10,383 nucleotides of DNA from positions 1-10,383 of the forward strand of contig JBDRTG010000036.1 in assembly GCA_043824255.1 (NCBI GenBank). The letters run 5' to 3'. Each line of letters opens with the position of its first letter. Position 1 is the stretch's first letter. The stretch comes from a bacterium (GTDB lineage Bacteria > JAHJDO01). Under the pieces are notes generated by a model, which searched no databases, had not been told where the DNA came from, and was given only the letters and a program-made list of their open reading frames with translations. The position numbers were made by a program, and so were the translations under genes. Positions 1-8,544 of the stretch are shown here, piece by piece.

Positions 1-274
1 CTACACAGCTTATGTTAAAACAGAAATGCAAGGTAAAGGACAAGCCAAAATAAGTCTTCATTTCTTCACTAAAAACAATAGATGGGCGGCTATCCCAGGG
101 ATTGATCTGGAATGGAAAGGCATAGAGGCAGAATTAAAAGGCAAAAATGATTGGACTAAGTTAGCAGTTTCCTGCAAGGCTCCGGATAATGCTGCTAAAG
201 CCGTCCTGTTTTTTCGTTTGAAAGGCGTGGGTTCTGCCTGGATGGGCGCAGTGGAATTTGGAGAGAAAAAATAA
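1..274 (+). CDS. 3' end of a gene entering from the left; C-terminal carbohydrate-binding-module-like (CBM4/9-type jelly-roll) domain
   Basis: The frame is open from position 2 (YTAYVKTEMQGKGQAKISLHFF...), so ATG 26 is probably internal. The pattern 'Y...AYVKT', 'LKGKNDWTKLAVSCKAPDNAAKAVLFFRLKGVGSAW...VEF' resembles galactose-binding/CBM beta-sandwich domains. Stop TAA at 272-274. Confidence 0.6.
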   Translation, partial: YTAYVKTEMQGKGQAKISLHFFTKNNRWAAIPGIDLEWKGIEAELKGKNDWTKLAVSCKAPDNAAKAVLFFRLKGVGSAWMGAVEFGEKK

Positions 275-281
275 GGTTCCA

Positions 282-2942
282 ATGAAAAAAAGATCCGCTT
301 TAGTCCGAACAGAACTTGTTGCCATGTTCCCCTTTTCCTATGCGCCTGCCCCTTTCTGGTTCTTAAACCACAAGCTTGAAAAAAAGGAAATCAAGCGCCA
401 GATTACATTGATGAAAAAAGCCGGAGTTTCAGGTTTTTTTATTCATCCGCGCGCAGGTCTTTTGACGCCATATGGATCAGATGAATGGTTTGAGATGGTA
501 GGGTACATAATAAAAGAAGCAAAAACACAGGGTCTGCAAACCTGGCTTTATGACGAAGACCCGTTTCCTTCCGGTATTGCCGGCGGCCGGGTGGTTTTTG
601 ATAATCCGGAATTTGCAGCTCGGGGGCTTAAGATCGTAAAACTCCTTCCCGATAAGGCGGGCAAAGCGCAGGCAAATCTTGGCCAGGGTAAAGTGGTCTC
701 TGCCTTGGCCATCAGAACAGATAATAAAGGTAACGTCATTGATAAAAAGGATTTAAAGGCCGCTATAGGTATTATTCGCCCGAATTTTTTTAAAACGCCA
801 TGGAATAATGCTTATTATGTAGATATACGTGAAAAAAAGACGTTTGAACATTTCCGGGCAGAAACATTTTATCCAGAGCTGCAGATAAGTACGAGCTTGC
901 CAGAGACTGGCTGGAGTGTTTATATTGCAGTTGCTGAAATTGTACGCTCACATGGAAAACACGGGTTTATACCGGACAACCTTAACCGGGAGTGTGTAAA
1001 AAAATTCATTCACTATACTCATGAAAAATATGCGAAGTTATTCAACCGTGATTTCGGAGGTGTTATTCCCGGCATATTTACTGATGAACCTGCTGCCGGA
1101 GGGAAGCTTCCCTGGACGCCGGGATTCGAACAGGAATTTTTTAAAAGAAAGGGATATTGTATCGAAGATAACTATTATCATCTTGTTGAAACATTCAGTA
1201 AAAAATCGAGACGTATACGATATGACTATTGGGATGTTATCCATAACCTGTACAAAGATAACTTTTTTAAACAAATAGCAAGATGGTGCAGGAAACATTC
1301 TTTAAAGTTTTGCGGTCATGTAATATGTGAAGAAGATCCGATTTCTCAGGTTATAGCTGGTGGCAACGCTTATGCCTACCAGAAATTCTTTGATATTCCT
1401 GGTTTTGATCATATTACTCCAAATATTGCGGATAGAGATTATCCCGGACTCAATTTCGGTGGCAAGCTGATATCGTCTGCAGCCCATCAGCAAGGTAAAC
1501 CTCAGGTCTTGAGTGAATGCTTTGCCTGCAATCCTTTTAATTTCGGACCTGATGGTATGGAGAAGGTTGCCAACTGGTTGTTCGCCCTGGGAATTACCTG
1601 GCTTGTTCCGCATGGTTTCTATTATTCTTATGACGGCGACCGTAAATTTGATGCTGGCAAATCGTTCTTTTTTCAAGACCCATCATTCCCTGAATTCAAA
1701 AACTTTGCCCTTTATGCAGAACGTATTGGGGGAAAACTTGCCAAGGCAAAGCACATATGCAATACATGCCTTTTGTATCCAGTAGCAGCTTTCTGGGAAT
1801 TATTGCCGGCTGAAATGGAGCGGGCAAAAGACTTGAGAAATCAATTGTACCGAACTGTCCGTGTGCTTTTTGAAGAGCATATCGAATTTGATATTATTGA
1901 CGATACCACACTTTTTGAAAGTCCCATCAGAAATGGAATGATCCAGTGCGGCAGAGAAAAGTATCAAACAGTTGTTATTCCCGATAAGAAATATTTATTA
2001 GACACGCAGTTGGCAAAAATTATGTCTCTGGATAAAAAAGGAATAACTGTTATTTCAAACACAGAGATTAGCAAATTGCCTAAAATGGGCTGTTCCGAAT
2101 GGACAGATATTAAAAAGTCCGAACACGGCAACTATAAATGTGATCACAAAGACCTTATGTGCTTGAAAAAGAAAAATGGTGATTCAATATTTATGTATAT
2201 ATTCAATAATTCAAAAACGCCTGGTATTTTCTCTGTTCCCCATTTGAAAAAATATCCATATTGTTATTGGTATAATGCTCAGGATGACACCTATCAGTCA
2301 CTGGAACGGAAAAAAGACAGGATACACTTCTCAATCGAGGGTTTTAAGGCAGTGATAATTGAATTTAGAAAAGAGAGAATAAATTCAGCACAAAAATATC
2401 ACTTATCTCCAGATTTAACGCCAATTACATTTGAATACGAAAGGAATCCGGAATGGAACTATAGCCCACCCATAAAATATCTCAGCGCAATACATCGATG
2501 GGATATATCACTTAAAGGTCTATATTTTAAAAAGAGGGTTAAAAGCCATCCCTTCTGTCTCATGAGGGATATTGCTGGAACTGAACTAACTTATCTTAAA
2601 GAAAAAAGTGTGCGGCCAACTTTTGATCAGACAGAATATAAAAAGTTTTTATATCCACTTAAAGCTTCTTTTAAAACAAAATTTATCATATCAGCCGAGC
2701 AAATAAATAAGCAAAAAGTGTTTTCCCTTTTATGTGAAAATGACACATTTCAGGGAGATTGCCGGATTTTGATTAACAACAAGGCGTTAAAAAAATCATT
2801 TCTCCGAAAAACAATATATGATCCGTTTAACCTTGTTTGTGAAATTACAACATTACTAAAACCCGGGGTTAACCGAATTCATATTGTATGGGCTAATGCA
2901 AATGAGTTTGACGGGCTAAAAAGCTCAATATATATTTTATAG
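282..2942 (+). CDS. GH106-like glycoside hydrolase (alpha-L-rhamnosidase-like), paralog 1
   Basis: Motifs APFWFLN, GFFIHPRAGL, WLYDEDPFPSGIAGG, GIFTDEP, RYDYW, PGFD and SSAAHQ.GK..VLSE are typical of Glyco_hydro_106-like proteins. ATG 282 is preferred over TTG 258 because TAAGG (272-276) lies 5 nt upstream and the overlap with the previous gene is avoided. No signal peptide is evident. Confidence 0.8.
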   Translation: MKKRSALVRTELVAMFPFSYAPAPFWFLNHKLEKKEIKRQITLMKKAGVSGFFIHPRAGLLTPYGSDEWFEMVGYIIKEAKTQGLQTWLYDEDPFPSGIAGGRVVFDNPEFAARGLKIVKLLPDKAGKAQANLGQGKVVSALAIRTDNKGNVIDKKDLKAAIGIIRPNFFKTPWNNAYYVDIREKKTFEHFRAETFYPELQISTSLPETGWSVYIAVAEIVRSHGKHGFIPDNLNRECVKKFIHYTHEKYAKLFNRDFGGVIPGIFTDEPAAGGKLPWTPGFEQEFFKRKGYCIEDNYYHLVETFSKKSRRIRYDYWDVIHNLYKDNFFKQIARWCRKHSLKFCGHVICEEDPISQVIAGGNAYAYQKFFDIPGFDHITPNIADRDYPGLNFGGKLISSAAHQQGKPQVLSECFACNPFNFGPDGMEKVANWLFALGITWLVPHGFYYSYDGDRKFDAGKSFFFQDPSFPEFKNFALYAERIGGKLAKAKHICNTCLLYPVAAFWELLPAEMERAKDLRNQLYRTVRVLFEEHIEFDIIDDTTLFESPIRNGMIQCGREKYQTVVIPDKKYLLDTQLAKIMSLDKKGITVISNTEISKLPKMGCSEWTDIKKSEHGNYKCDHKDLMCLKKKNGDSIFMYIFNNSKTPGIFSVPHLKKYPYCYWYNAQDDTYQSLERKKDRIHFSIEGFKAVIIEFRKERINSAQKYHLSPDLTPITFEYERNPEWNYSPPIKYLSAIHRWDISLKGLYFKKRVKSHPFCLMRDIAGTELTYLKEKSVRPTFDQTEYKKFLYPLKASFKTKFIISAEQINKQKVFSLLCENDTFQGDCRILINNKALKKSFLRKTIYDPFNLVCEITTLLKPGVNRIHIVWANANEFDGLKSSIYIL

Positions 2943-2998
2943 ACTTAAAGAATAAAGATTTTAAACAATGGAAAGCAACTTTTTTAAGACAGTTTTTG

Positions 2999-3007
2999 AG
3001 AGGAGGA
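2999..3007 (+). promoter_or_regulatory. Shine-Dalgarno site of the oxidoreductase gene
   Basis: AGAGGAGGA ends 8 nt upstream of ATG 3016. Confidence 0.85.
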
Positions 3008-3015
3008 CTAAATAA

Positions 3016-4329
3016 ATGAAAAAGTATGTTCAAGTAGGATTGGGACAGCGTTCAGAAATGTACATAACGGCAATTACTGAAACCTATAAAAATAACTGTC
3101 AGTTGGTTGGACTTTGTGATACTAACAGAGGCAGACTTGAGCTTCGAAGAAATGACCTTAAAAAAATTTGTGGATTAGTTCCGATTTATCATGCAAAAGA
3201 CTTTGATAAGATGGTGAAAGAAACTAAGCCTGATATCGTGATTGTTACAACGAAAGACTGTTTTCATGATAAATATATTGTCAGAGCTATGGAGCTTGGA
3301 TGTGATGTGATTACTGAAAAGCCAATGACAATAGACGAGAAGAGATGCCAGAAGATTATTGATGCTGTCAAAAGGACAAAGAGAAAAGTGAGAGTAACAT
3401 TTAACTATCGATATTCTCCTGTTCGCACACAGATTAAGGAATTAGTTTCAAGCGGTATTATTGGCGAGATTCTTTCTGTTGATTTTAACTGGTTGTTAAA
3501 CACACGTCATGGAGCAGACTATTACAGAAGATGGCACCGTGAGAGGAAAAACAGCGGTGGACTTATGGTACATAAAGCAACGCATCATTTCGATATTGTA
3601 AACTGGTGGATATCTTCCTATCCTGTAGAAGTTTTTGCCATTGGTAAAAGAGATTTTTATCTTCCTGACAGAGCAAATCAGTATGGTCTTAAAGGACACG
3701 GCGAAAGATGCTTTGGATGCAGAGTAAGCAGTAAATGCCCATTTTATCTTGATTTGAGAAAGAGGGAATTACATAAAAGAGTTTATCTGGATAATGAAAA
3801 ATATGACGGCTATTTCAGGGACAAGTGTGTATTCGGGAAGGAAATCAATATTGAGGATTCTATGAATCTGGTTGTTCGATATAAAAATAGTGTATTAATG
3901 TCATATTCGTTGAATTCTTTCTGCCCATGGGAAGGATATACTATACGTTTTAACGGAACAAAGGGGTCTCTGGAACATAAAAGTGTTGAGACAGTTTATA
4001 TAAGCGGGGATGGAACCACTCCGGGAGAAACGGTTAAAGGTGAGACCAATATTAAAATATCGCCTCATTTCAAACCTGCATATAATGTTAAGACCAGAAT
4101 TTCCAAAGGAGGCCATGGCGGAGGTGATGAGCCTCTTCTTGAATCTTTGTTCAGCCCAAAACAGCCAAAGGATAAATTTAAAAAGGCTGCAAGTTTTGTT
4201 GAAGGGGCATGGTCAATACTTACAGGAATTTCGGCCAATATATCAATGAAAACAGGAAAGCCAGTTTATCCAGAAAGACTTGTTAAGGGCTTATCTGAAC
4301 CTAATTATTCAAAGAATAGAGATTTATAA
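3016..4329 (+). CDS. Gfo/Idh/MocA family NAD(P)-dependent oxidoreductase (YteT-like subfamily)
   Basis: N-terminal Rossmann motif VGLGQR, EKPM motif, FNYRYSP, HGADYYRRWHR...SGGLMVHKATHHFD, Cys insert CFGC..SKC..DKC and C-terminal GGHGGGD. Strong RBS. Confidence 0.9.
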   Translation: MKKYVQVGLGQRSEMYITAITETYKNNCQLVGLCDTNRGRLELRRNDLKKICGLVPIYHAKDFDKMVKETKPDIVIVTTKDCFHDKYIVRAMELGCDVITEKPMTIDEKRCQKIIDAVKRTKRKVRVTFNYRYSPVRTQIKELVSSGIIGEILSVDFNWLLNTRHGADYYRRWHRERKNSGGLMVHKATHHFDIVNWWISSYPVEVFAIGKRDFYLPDRANQYGLKGHGERCFGCRVSSKCPFYLDLRKRELHKRVYLDNEKYDGYFRDKCVFGKEINIEDSMNLVVRYKNSVLMSYSLNSFCPWEGYTIRFNGTKGSLEHKSVETVYISGDGTTPGETVKGETNIKISPHFKPAYNVKTRISKGGHGGGDEPLLESLFSPKQPKDKFKKAASFVEGAWSILTGISANISMKTGKPVYPERLVKGLSEPNYSKNRDL

Positions 4330-4379
4330 AATATAAAATTAAAAGATAGGCGTAACAAAAAAGGATTAATTTTGCTTTT

Positions 4380-5387
4380 ATGAAAGTTAGAGAACGATTT
4401 CACAAAAACTTAAATTTTGAACCTGTGGACAGATCTTTTTTTACAGAAACTTTCCCATCTCAATATTGGGATAAGACACTTGACCGTTGGCATACAGAAG
4501 GTCTACCAAAGGATATTAATCTTATTTCACATTTTGGCTTTGATCCTTTATATTCTGTATTTATCAATTATAGCCCTCAACCGGAATATGAAAGAAAAAT
4601 ATTGGAAGACCATAAGGAAATAGTGAAACCCATTGTCTCGAATATGAAAGAATGGAATGAATATAGCAATAGATTAAAACCGTCTTCAGAACGAATCAAA
4701 TGGCAAAATTATGATAAAAACTTACTAGAAATCAAAGAAGAACAGAAAAGAGATAATTGCGTTATTAGACTAGTGTTGTATGGCTTCTTCTGGTTTCCCC
4801 GAACCTTGCTTGGTATAGAGGAGCATTTGATGGCATTCTACGATAAGCCTGATTTGATGAATAATATGAATGAGTTTGTTCTTGGTTTTAATGAAACCAT
4901 GATTGATCTGGTTTCGAGAGAAGTTAAGATAGATTGTATTATGATTAATGAAGACTTATCATACAGGAGTGGCCCAATGTTATCCCCTGAAATGTTTGAT
5001 AAGTTTCTTCTGCCATTCTATAAGAGATTCACGTCCTATATCCATGACAAAGGTATTCCATTTGTTATAGTTGATACAGATGGTAATTTTGAAGCTCTTA
5101 TCCCTAATTTTATTGAGGGAGGCGTAAATGGTTTTATCCCGATGGAAGTGCAGACTGGGATGGATGTAAGAAAAATAAGAGAAAACTATCCTAACCTTAA
5201 ACTGTTTGGTGGCATTGATAAAATGAAATTATTTGAAGGCAGAAGGCAGATAGATAAGGAATTGGAGCGTGTAAAACCTGTTATTAAAAAAGGGGAATAT
5301 ATTTCCGGCTGTGACCATCAGGTTCCACCACAAGTTAGTCTGGCTGATTATAAGTATTATCTGGCAGAACTAAGAAAAATTCTTTGA
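4380..5387 (+). CDS. Uroporphyrinogen decarboxylase (URO-D/MtaA-like TIM-barrel) family protein of unknown substrate
   Basis: Motifs M..RERF...LNFEPVDR, T..RW..EGLP, GFFWFPRTLLG.E, EDLSYRSGPMLSP..F..F..P.YK, VDTDGN, GGIDK and CDHQVPP.VSL..Y. The RBS is weak. This is not a true HemE. Confidence 0.85.
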   Translation: MKVRERFHKNLNFEPVDRSFFTETFPSQYWDKTLDRWHTEGLPKDINLISHFGFDPLYSVFINYSPQPEYERKILEDHKEIVKPIVSNMKEWNEYSNRLKPSSERIKWQNYDKNLLEIKEEQKRDNCVIRLVLYGFFWFPRTLLGIEEHLMAFYDKPDLMNNMNEFVLGFNETMIDLVSREVKIDCIMINEDLSYRSGPMLSPEMFDKFLLPFYKRFTSYIHDKGIPFVIVDTDGNFEALIPNFIEGGVNGFIPMEVQTGMDVRKIRENYPNLKLFGGIDKMKLFEGRRQIDKELERVKPVIKKGEYISGCDHQVPPQVSLADYKYYLAELRKIL

Positions 5388-5517
5388 ATCATAAAATTCT
5401 CATGGTTTTTCTTAAAATCGTTATAGTTTGTTTTTCTAATGCATATCATAATTAAAATAGATATTCAATGAAAGACGTTATGAATAAAGTAACAAAGACA
5501 TGGAGATACAAAATTAA

Positions 5518-5523
5518 AAGGAG
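5518..5523 (+). promoter_or_regulatory. Shine-Dalgarno site of the second hydrolase gene
   Basis: AAGGAG ends 6 nt upstream of ATG 5530. Confidence 0.8.
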
Positions 5524-5529
5524 AAGATT

Positions 5530-8500
5530 ATGAACCAGATACAAAAAACATTTAAGAATCCAGGTAAAGATTGGCGTGGAGCGCCATTCTGGAGCTGGAA
5601 TGATAAGCTGGAAGAAGCCGAGTTAAGAAGACAGATAAGGGAGATGAAAAAGTCCGGCATGGGTGGATTTTTCATGCATTCCAGGGTTGGCCTTATTACA
5701 GAATACATGTCTCGGGAATGGATGAAGATGATAAAAGCATGTGTGGATGAGGCCAAAAAAACAGGAATGAACGCATGGCTATATGATGAGGACAGGTGGC
5801 CAAGCGGAACAGCAGGCGGGATTGTTACATCAAAGAATAAAAAATATAGAAACAAAGGTCTGGTCTTTAGAGAAATCCCTTTGAAAGATGCTAAGAATAT
5901 TAAAGAGAAAATATTGGTAGAAGCCATACCCAATATCAAAAACAAGTTGTTAGTTGCAACCTTTGAGTATGCTCCTGACAGCCCGTGGTACAACGGGGTA
6001 TCATATCTTGATACAATGAGTAAGGAAGCAGTTAATGAGTTTATAAAAATCACTCATGAAGCTTATTTGAAAGAAGCGGGTAAAGAATTTGGTGGAATAG
6101 TACCGGGCATTTTTACTGATGAGCCAAATTATCATCACTGGCCTGGTTTCCGTAAATCTAAACCTAAAGAAGTAAAAGCTGTATTCCCATGGACAGATAA
6201 ACTTCCGGAATATTTTGAGTCAAGACGCAATTACAGTATTATTGATAAACTTCCCTCTTTAATATATGAAATAGGCGATTTCAAGAAAATCAGATATGAT
6301 TACTGGAGGTGCGTAACAGAATTATTTCTCAAGAACTTTTCTGAAAATATTTATAACTGGTGCGAAAAACACAATCTTCAGCAAACAGGGCATTATCTCG
6401 CAGAAGGAAAACTAGGATCTGAAACCACTTGCATTGGCGCTGCGATGCCACATTATATGTATATGCATCAGCCGGGCATAGATATTCTCACAGAGAGCAT
6501 ATCTGAAATTCTTACAGTAAAACAGTGTTCATCTGTAGCAAATCAACTTGGGCAGAAAAGAGTTTTATCAGAACTTTACGGATGCACAGGCTGGGATTTC
6601 TCTTTTGAAGCACAGAAATGGGTTGGAGACTGGCAATACGCGCTTGGTGTGAATTTCAGATGCCAGCATCTATCTCTGTATTCTTTGAAGGGTTGCAGAA
6701 AGAGGGATTATCCTGCTTCAATTCATTATCAATCTCCATGGTGGAAGTATTATAAAAAAGTGGAAGATTATTATGGCAGACTGAGTTTTATTCTATCTCA
6801 GGGAAGAGCTATAAGAGATATTCTGGTTCTTCATCCAATAGGCAGTGCATGGAGTGTATATCATCCAAAAGAAACCGAAGCGTTGAACGAATTAGACGAA
6901 GGATTTTTGAAGCTTTCAAAAATCCTTCTTGAGATTCGCAGAGATTATGATTACGGGGATGAGATGGTAATCGAGAAATATGGAAAGGTAAAAGCTGGAA
7001 GATTTATAATCGGAGAAGCTGGGTATAAAGTGGTAATTATTCCCTGCTCTATCACATGGAATAGCAATACCTTTAAACTGTTAAAGAACTTTGCTGCACA
7101 AGGTGGAAAAATCCTGACTACAGGAAAACTGCCCGATAGAATAGACGGAAATCAGGATAATGAGATAACTAAATTCTTAAAGAAAAATGCTCTAATAATA
7201 AATAACGATAAGAATGAAATAGAGAAAATGCTCAATAAAGCCCTGGAAAAAGAAGTGCAAATTTCAGGTGAAAAACAAGAAGATACAAAAGACATTATCT
7301 ATCAGCTCAGAGAAATAAACAAAAAGAAAATTCTGTTTTTAGCTAATACGAACAGAGAAAAAGGGCTTGATCTTACGATAAGAATTAAAGGGAAAGGGGC
7401 CTTTGAAAAATGGAATTCTGAAGCTGGAGATGTATGTGAAATTGAAACTACAAACATAGAAGGCTATGCTGAAACAAAACAACATATATACCCGACAGGT
7501 TCATTGCTTCTATCATTGGATCCAGAGAATAAACCAAAAGCTGCGAAAAGAAAGAAAATGGAGACACAAAAAGTAGCAGTTTCAGAGAACAAGTGGGATA
7601 TTGAGTTGTCTCATATGAATGCTCTGACACTTGATTTCTGTAGATACAGAATACAGGATAAAGAAGAGAGCAGAATGCTCCTCCCTGTATGGAAAGCTCA
7701 GGAACAGATCAGAGAACATTTTGGATTGCCTGAGATAAAGAGTAACAGTGGCGTTCAATTCTGGAAAGCATACAAGAATATGAAAGATTTAGGCAATGCA
7801 AAAGTCTCTCTAAAATTTGAATTCTTATCAAATCTGGATACTGCTAATAATATTAATTTGTTGATTGAAGAACCACAAAACTTTGATATTTTTGTCAATA
7901 ACAAAAGGGTTATGTATAAAAACCCTGAGTGGTACATTGACATAAGTTTCAAATTAATCCCTGTAGCCAGATACCTGAAAAAGGGGAAAAATGAACTACT
8001 GCTTGTGACAAAGAAGTATAGACAGGATGTTGAGCTGGAAAACTGTTATATACTCGGAGACTTCACTGTCAACAAGGATAATCTTGTACTTGAGAAGGCA
8101 AAAGACAAACTTAAAACAGGTAATTGGGTAGAACAGGGTTTTCCATTTTATCCGGGTTCAATAACGTATAAACAGGATATGTCCGTTGATAAGAAGAAAA
8201 ACAGGAAATATATACTCAAGATTAATAAGCACAAGGCAGCGATAATAAATATAAAGATAAACAACAGGCAAGCTGGTCTTTTGTGCTGGGAGCCATATGA
8301 ACTGGATATCACAAAACTTCTAAAGAGAGGCACTAACAAAATCAGTCTTGAGCTTGTTGGAAGCTTGAGAAATATGTTGGGACCGCTTCATTATAAGGGT
8401 AAACCGAAATGGACAGGTCCGGGAGAATTTTGTAACGAGCAAAAATGGACAGATAAGTATGAGTTTGTACCATATGGAATATTTGGCAAAGTAGAAATTC

Positions 8501-8544
8501 TTGAGTTTGCACTGAACAATATGGAAGTAGAATGTTATGTATAA
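5530..8544 (+). CDS. GH106-like glycoside hydrolase with C-terminal beta-sandwich domain, paralog 2
   Basis: Motifs FKNP...RGAPFWSWN, GGFFMHSRVGL, WLYDEDRWPSGTAGG, GIFTDEP, RYDYW, PGID, SSVANQLG..RVLSE and KRDYP. The C-terminus has GFPFYPG, W.PYELDIT..L..G.N.I, RN.LGPLH and YGI.G.V. No signal peptide. Confidence 0.85.
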   Translation: MNQIQKTFKNPGKDWRGAPFWSWNDKLEEAELRRQIREMKKSGMGGFFMHSRVGLITEYMSREWMKMIKACVDEAKKTGMNAWLYDEDRWPSGTAGGIVTSKNKKYRNKGLVFREIPLKDAKNIKEKILVEAIPNIKNKLLVATFEYAPDSPWYNGVSYLDTMSKEAVNEFIKITHEAYLKEAGKEFGGIVPGIFTDEPNYHHWPGFRKSKPKEVKAVFPWTDKLPEYFESRRNYSIIDKLPSLIYEIGDFKKIRYDYWRCVTELFLKNFSENIYNWCEKHNLQQTGHYLAEGKLGSETTCIGAAMPHYMYMHQPGIDILTESISEILTVKQCSSVANQLGQKRVLSELYGCTGWDFSFEAQKWVGDWQYALGVNFRCQHLSLYSLKGCRKRDYPASIHYQSPWWKYYKKVEDYYGRLSFILSQGRAIRDILVLHPIGSAWSVYHPKETEALNELDEGFLKLSKILLEIRRDYDYGDEMVIEKYGKVKAGRFIIGEAGYKVVIIPCSITWNSNTFKLLKNFAAQGGKILTTGKLPDRIDGNQDNEITKFLKKNALIINNDKNEIEKMLNKALEKEVQISGEKQEDTKDIIYQLREINKKKILFLANTNREKGLDLTIRIKGKGAFEKWNSEAGDVCEIETTNIEGYAETKQHIYPTGSLLLSLDPENKPKAAKRKKMETQKVAVSENKWDIELSHMNALTLDFCRYRIQDKEESRMLLPVWKAQEQIREHFGLPEIKSNSGVQFWKAYKNMKDLGNAKVSLKFEFLSNLDTANNINLLIEEPQNFDIFVNNKRVMYKNPEWYIDISFKLIPVARYLKKGKNELLLVTKKYRQDVELENCYILGDFTVNKDNLVLEKAKDKLKTGNWVEQGFPFYPGSITYKQDMSVDKKKNRKYILKINKHKAAIINIKINNRQAGLLCWEPYELDITKLLKRGTNKISLELVGSLRNMLGPLHYKGKPKWTGPGEFCNEQKWTDKYEFVPYGIFGKVEILEFALNNMEVECYV
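8465..8506 (+). repeat. Direct repeat copy 1 (42 bp), inside the 3' end of the second hydrolase gene (VPYGIFGKVEILE)
   Basis: ttgtaccatatggaatatttggcaaagtagaaattcttgagt matches 10100-10141 at 37/42 positions without gaps. Confidence 0.9.

Noticed and set aside
10..20. TTATGTTAAAA resembles the XerD arm of a dif site
   Set aside because: It lies inside a coding frame (AYVK), a XerC arm cannot be evaluated at the window edge, and it is 10 kb from the IS. Probably chance.
258..281. TTG start for hydrolase 1 given by the ORF track
   Set aside because: It overlaps the upstream gene. ATG 282 has a plausible RBS and spacing.
434..791. Poly-T runs of about 7 nt in hydrolase 1 as phase-variation tracts
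   Set aside because: They are too short and are expected in AT-rich DNA. The reading frame is intact.
4335..4345. AAAATTAAAAG shared with 5510-5520 as a possible operator
   Set aside because: It is a low-complexity, non-palindromic AT-rich match, and the second copy merges with the RBS.
4590..4660. Apparent in-frame deletion in the URO-D-like protein (short N-terminal region)
   Set aside because: As I recall, homologs with the GFFWFPRTL motif are naturally short here. The frame is intact, so there is no support for a pseudogene call.
5388..5467. Possible internal sigma70 promoter (TTGTTT with CATAAT or TAAAAT)
   Set aside because: Spacings of 13 or 19 bp and very AT-rich context make it unsupported.
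5514..6053. 179-aa minus-strand ORF and the other short antisense or alternate-frame ORFs
   Set aside because: They are shadows of well-supported + strand genes, with no recognisable motifs or RBS.
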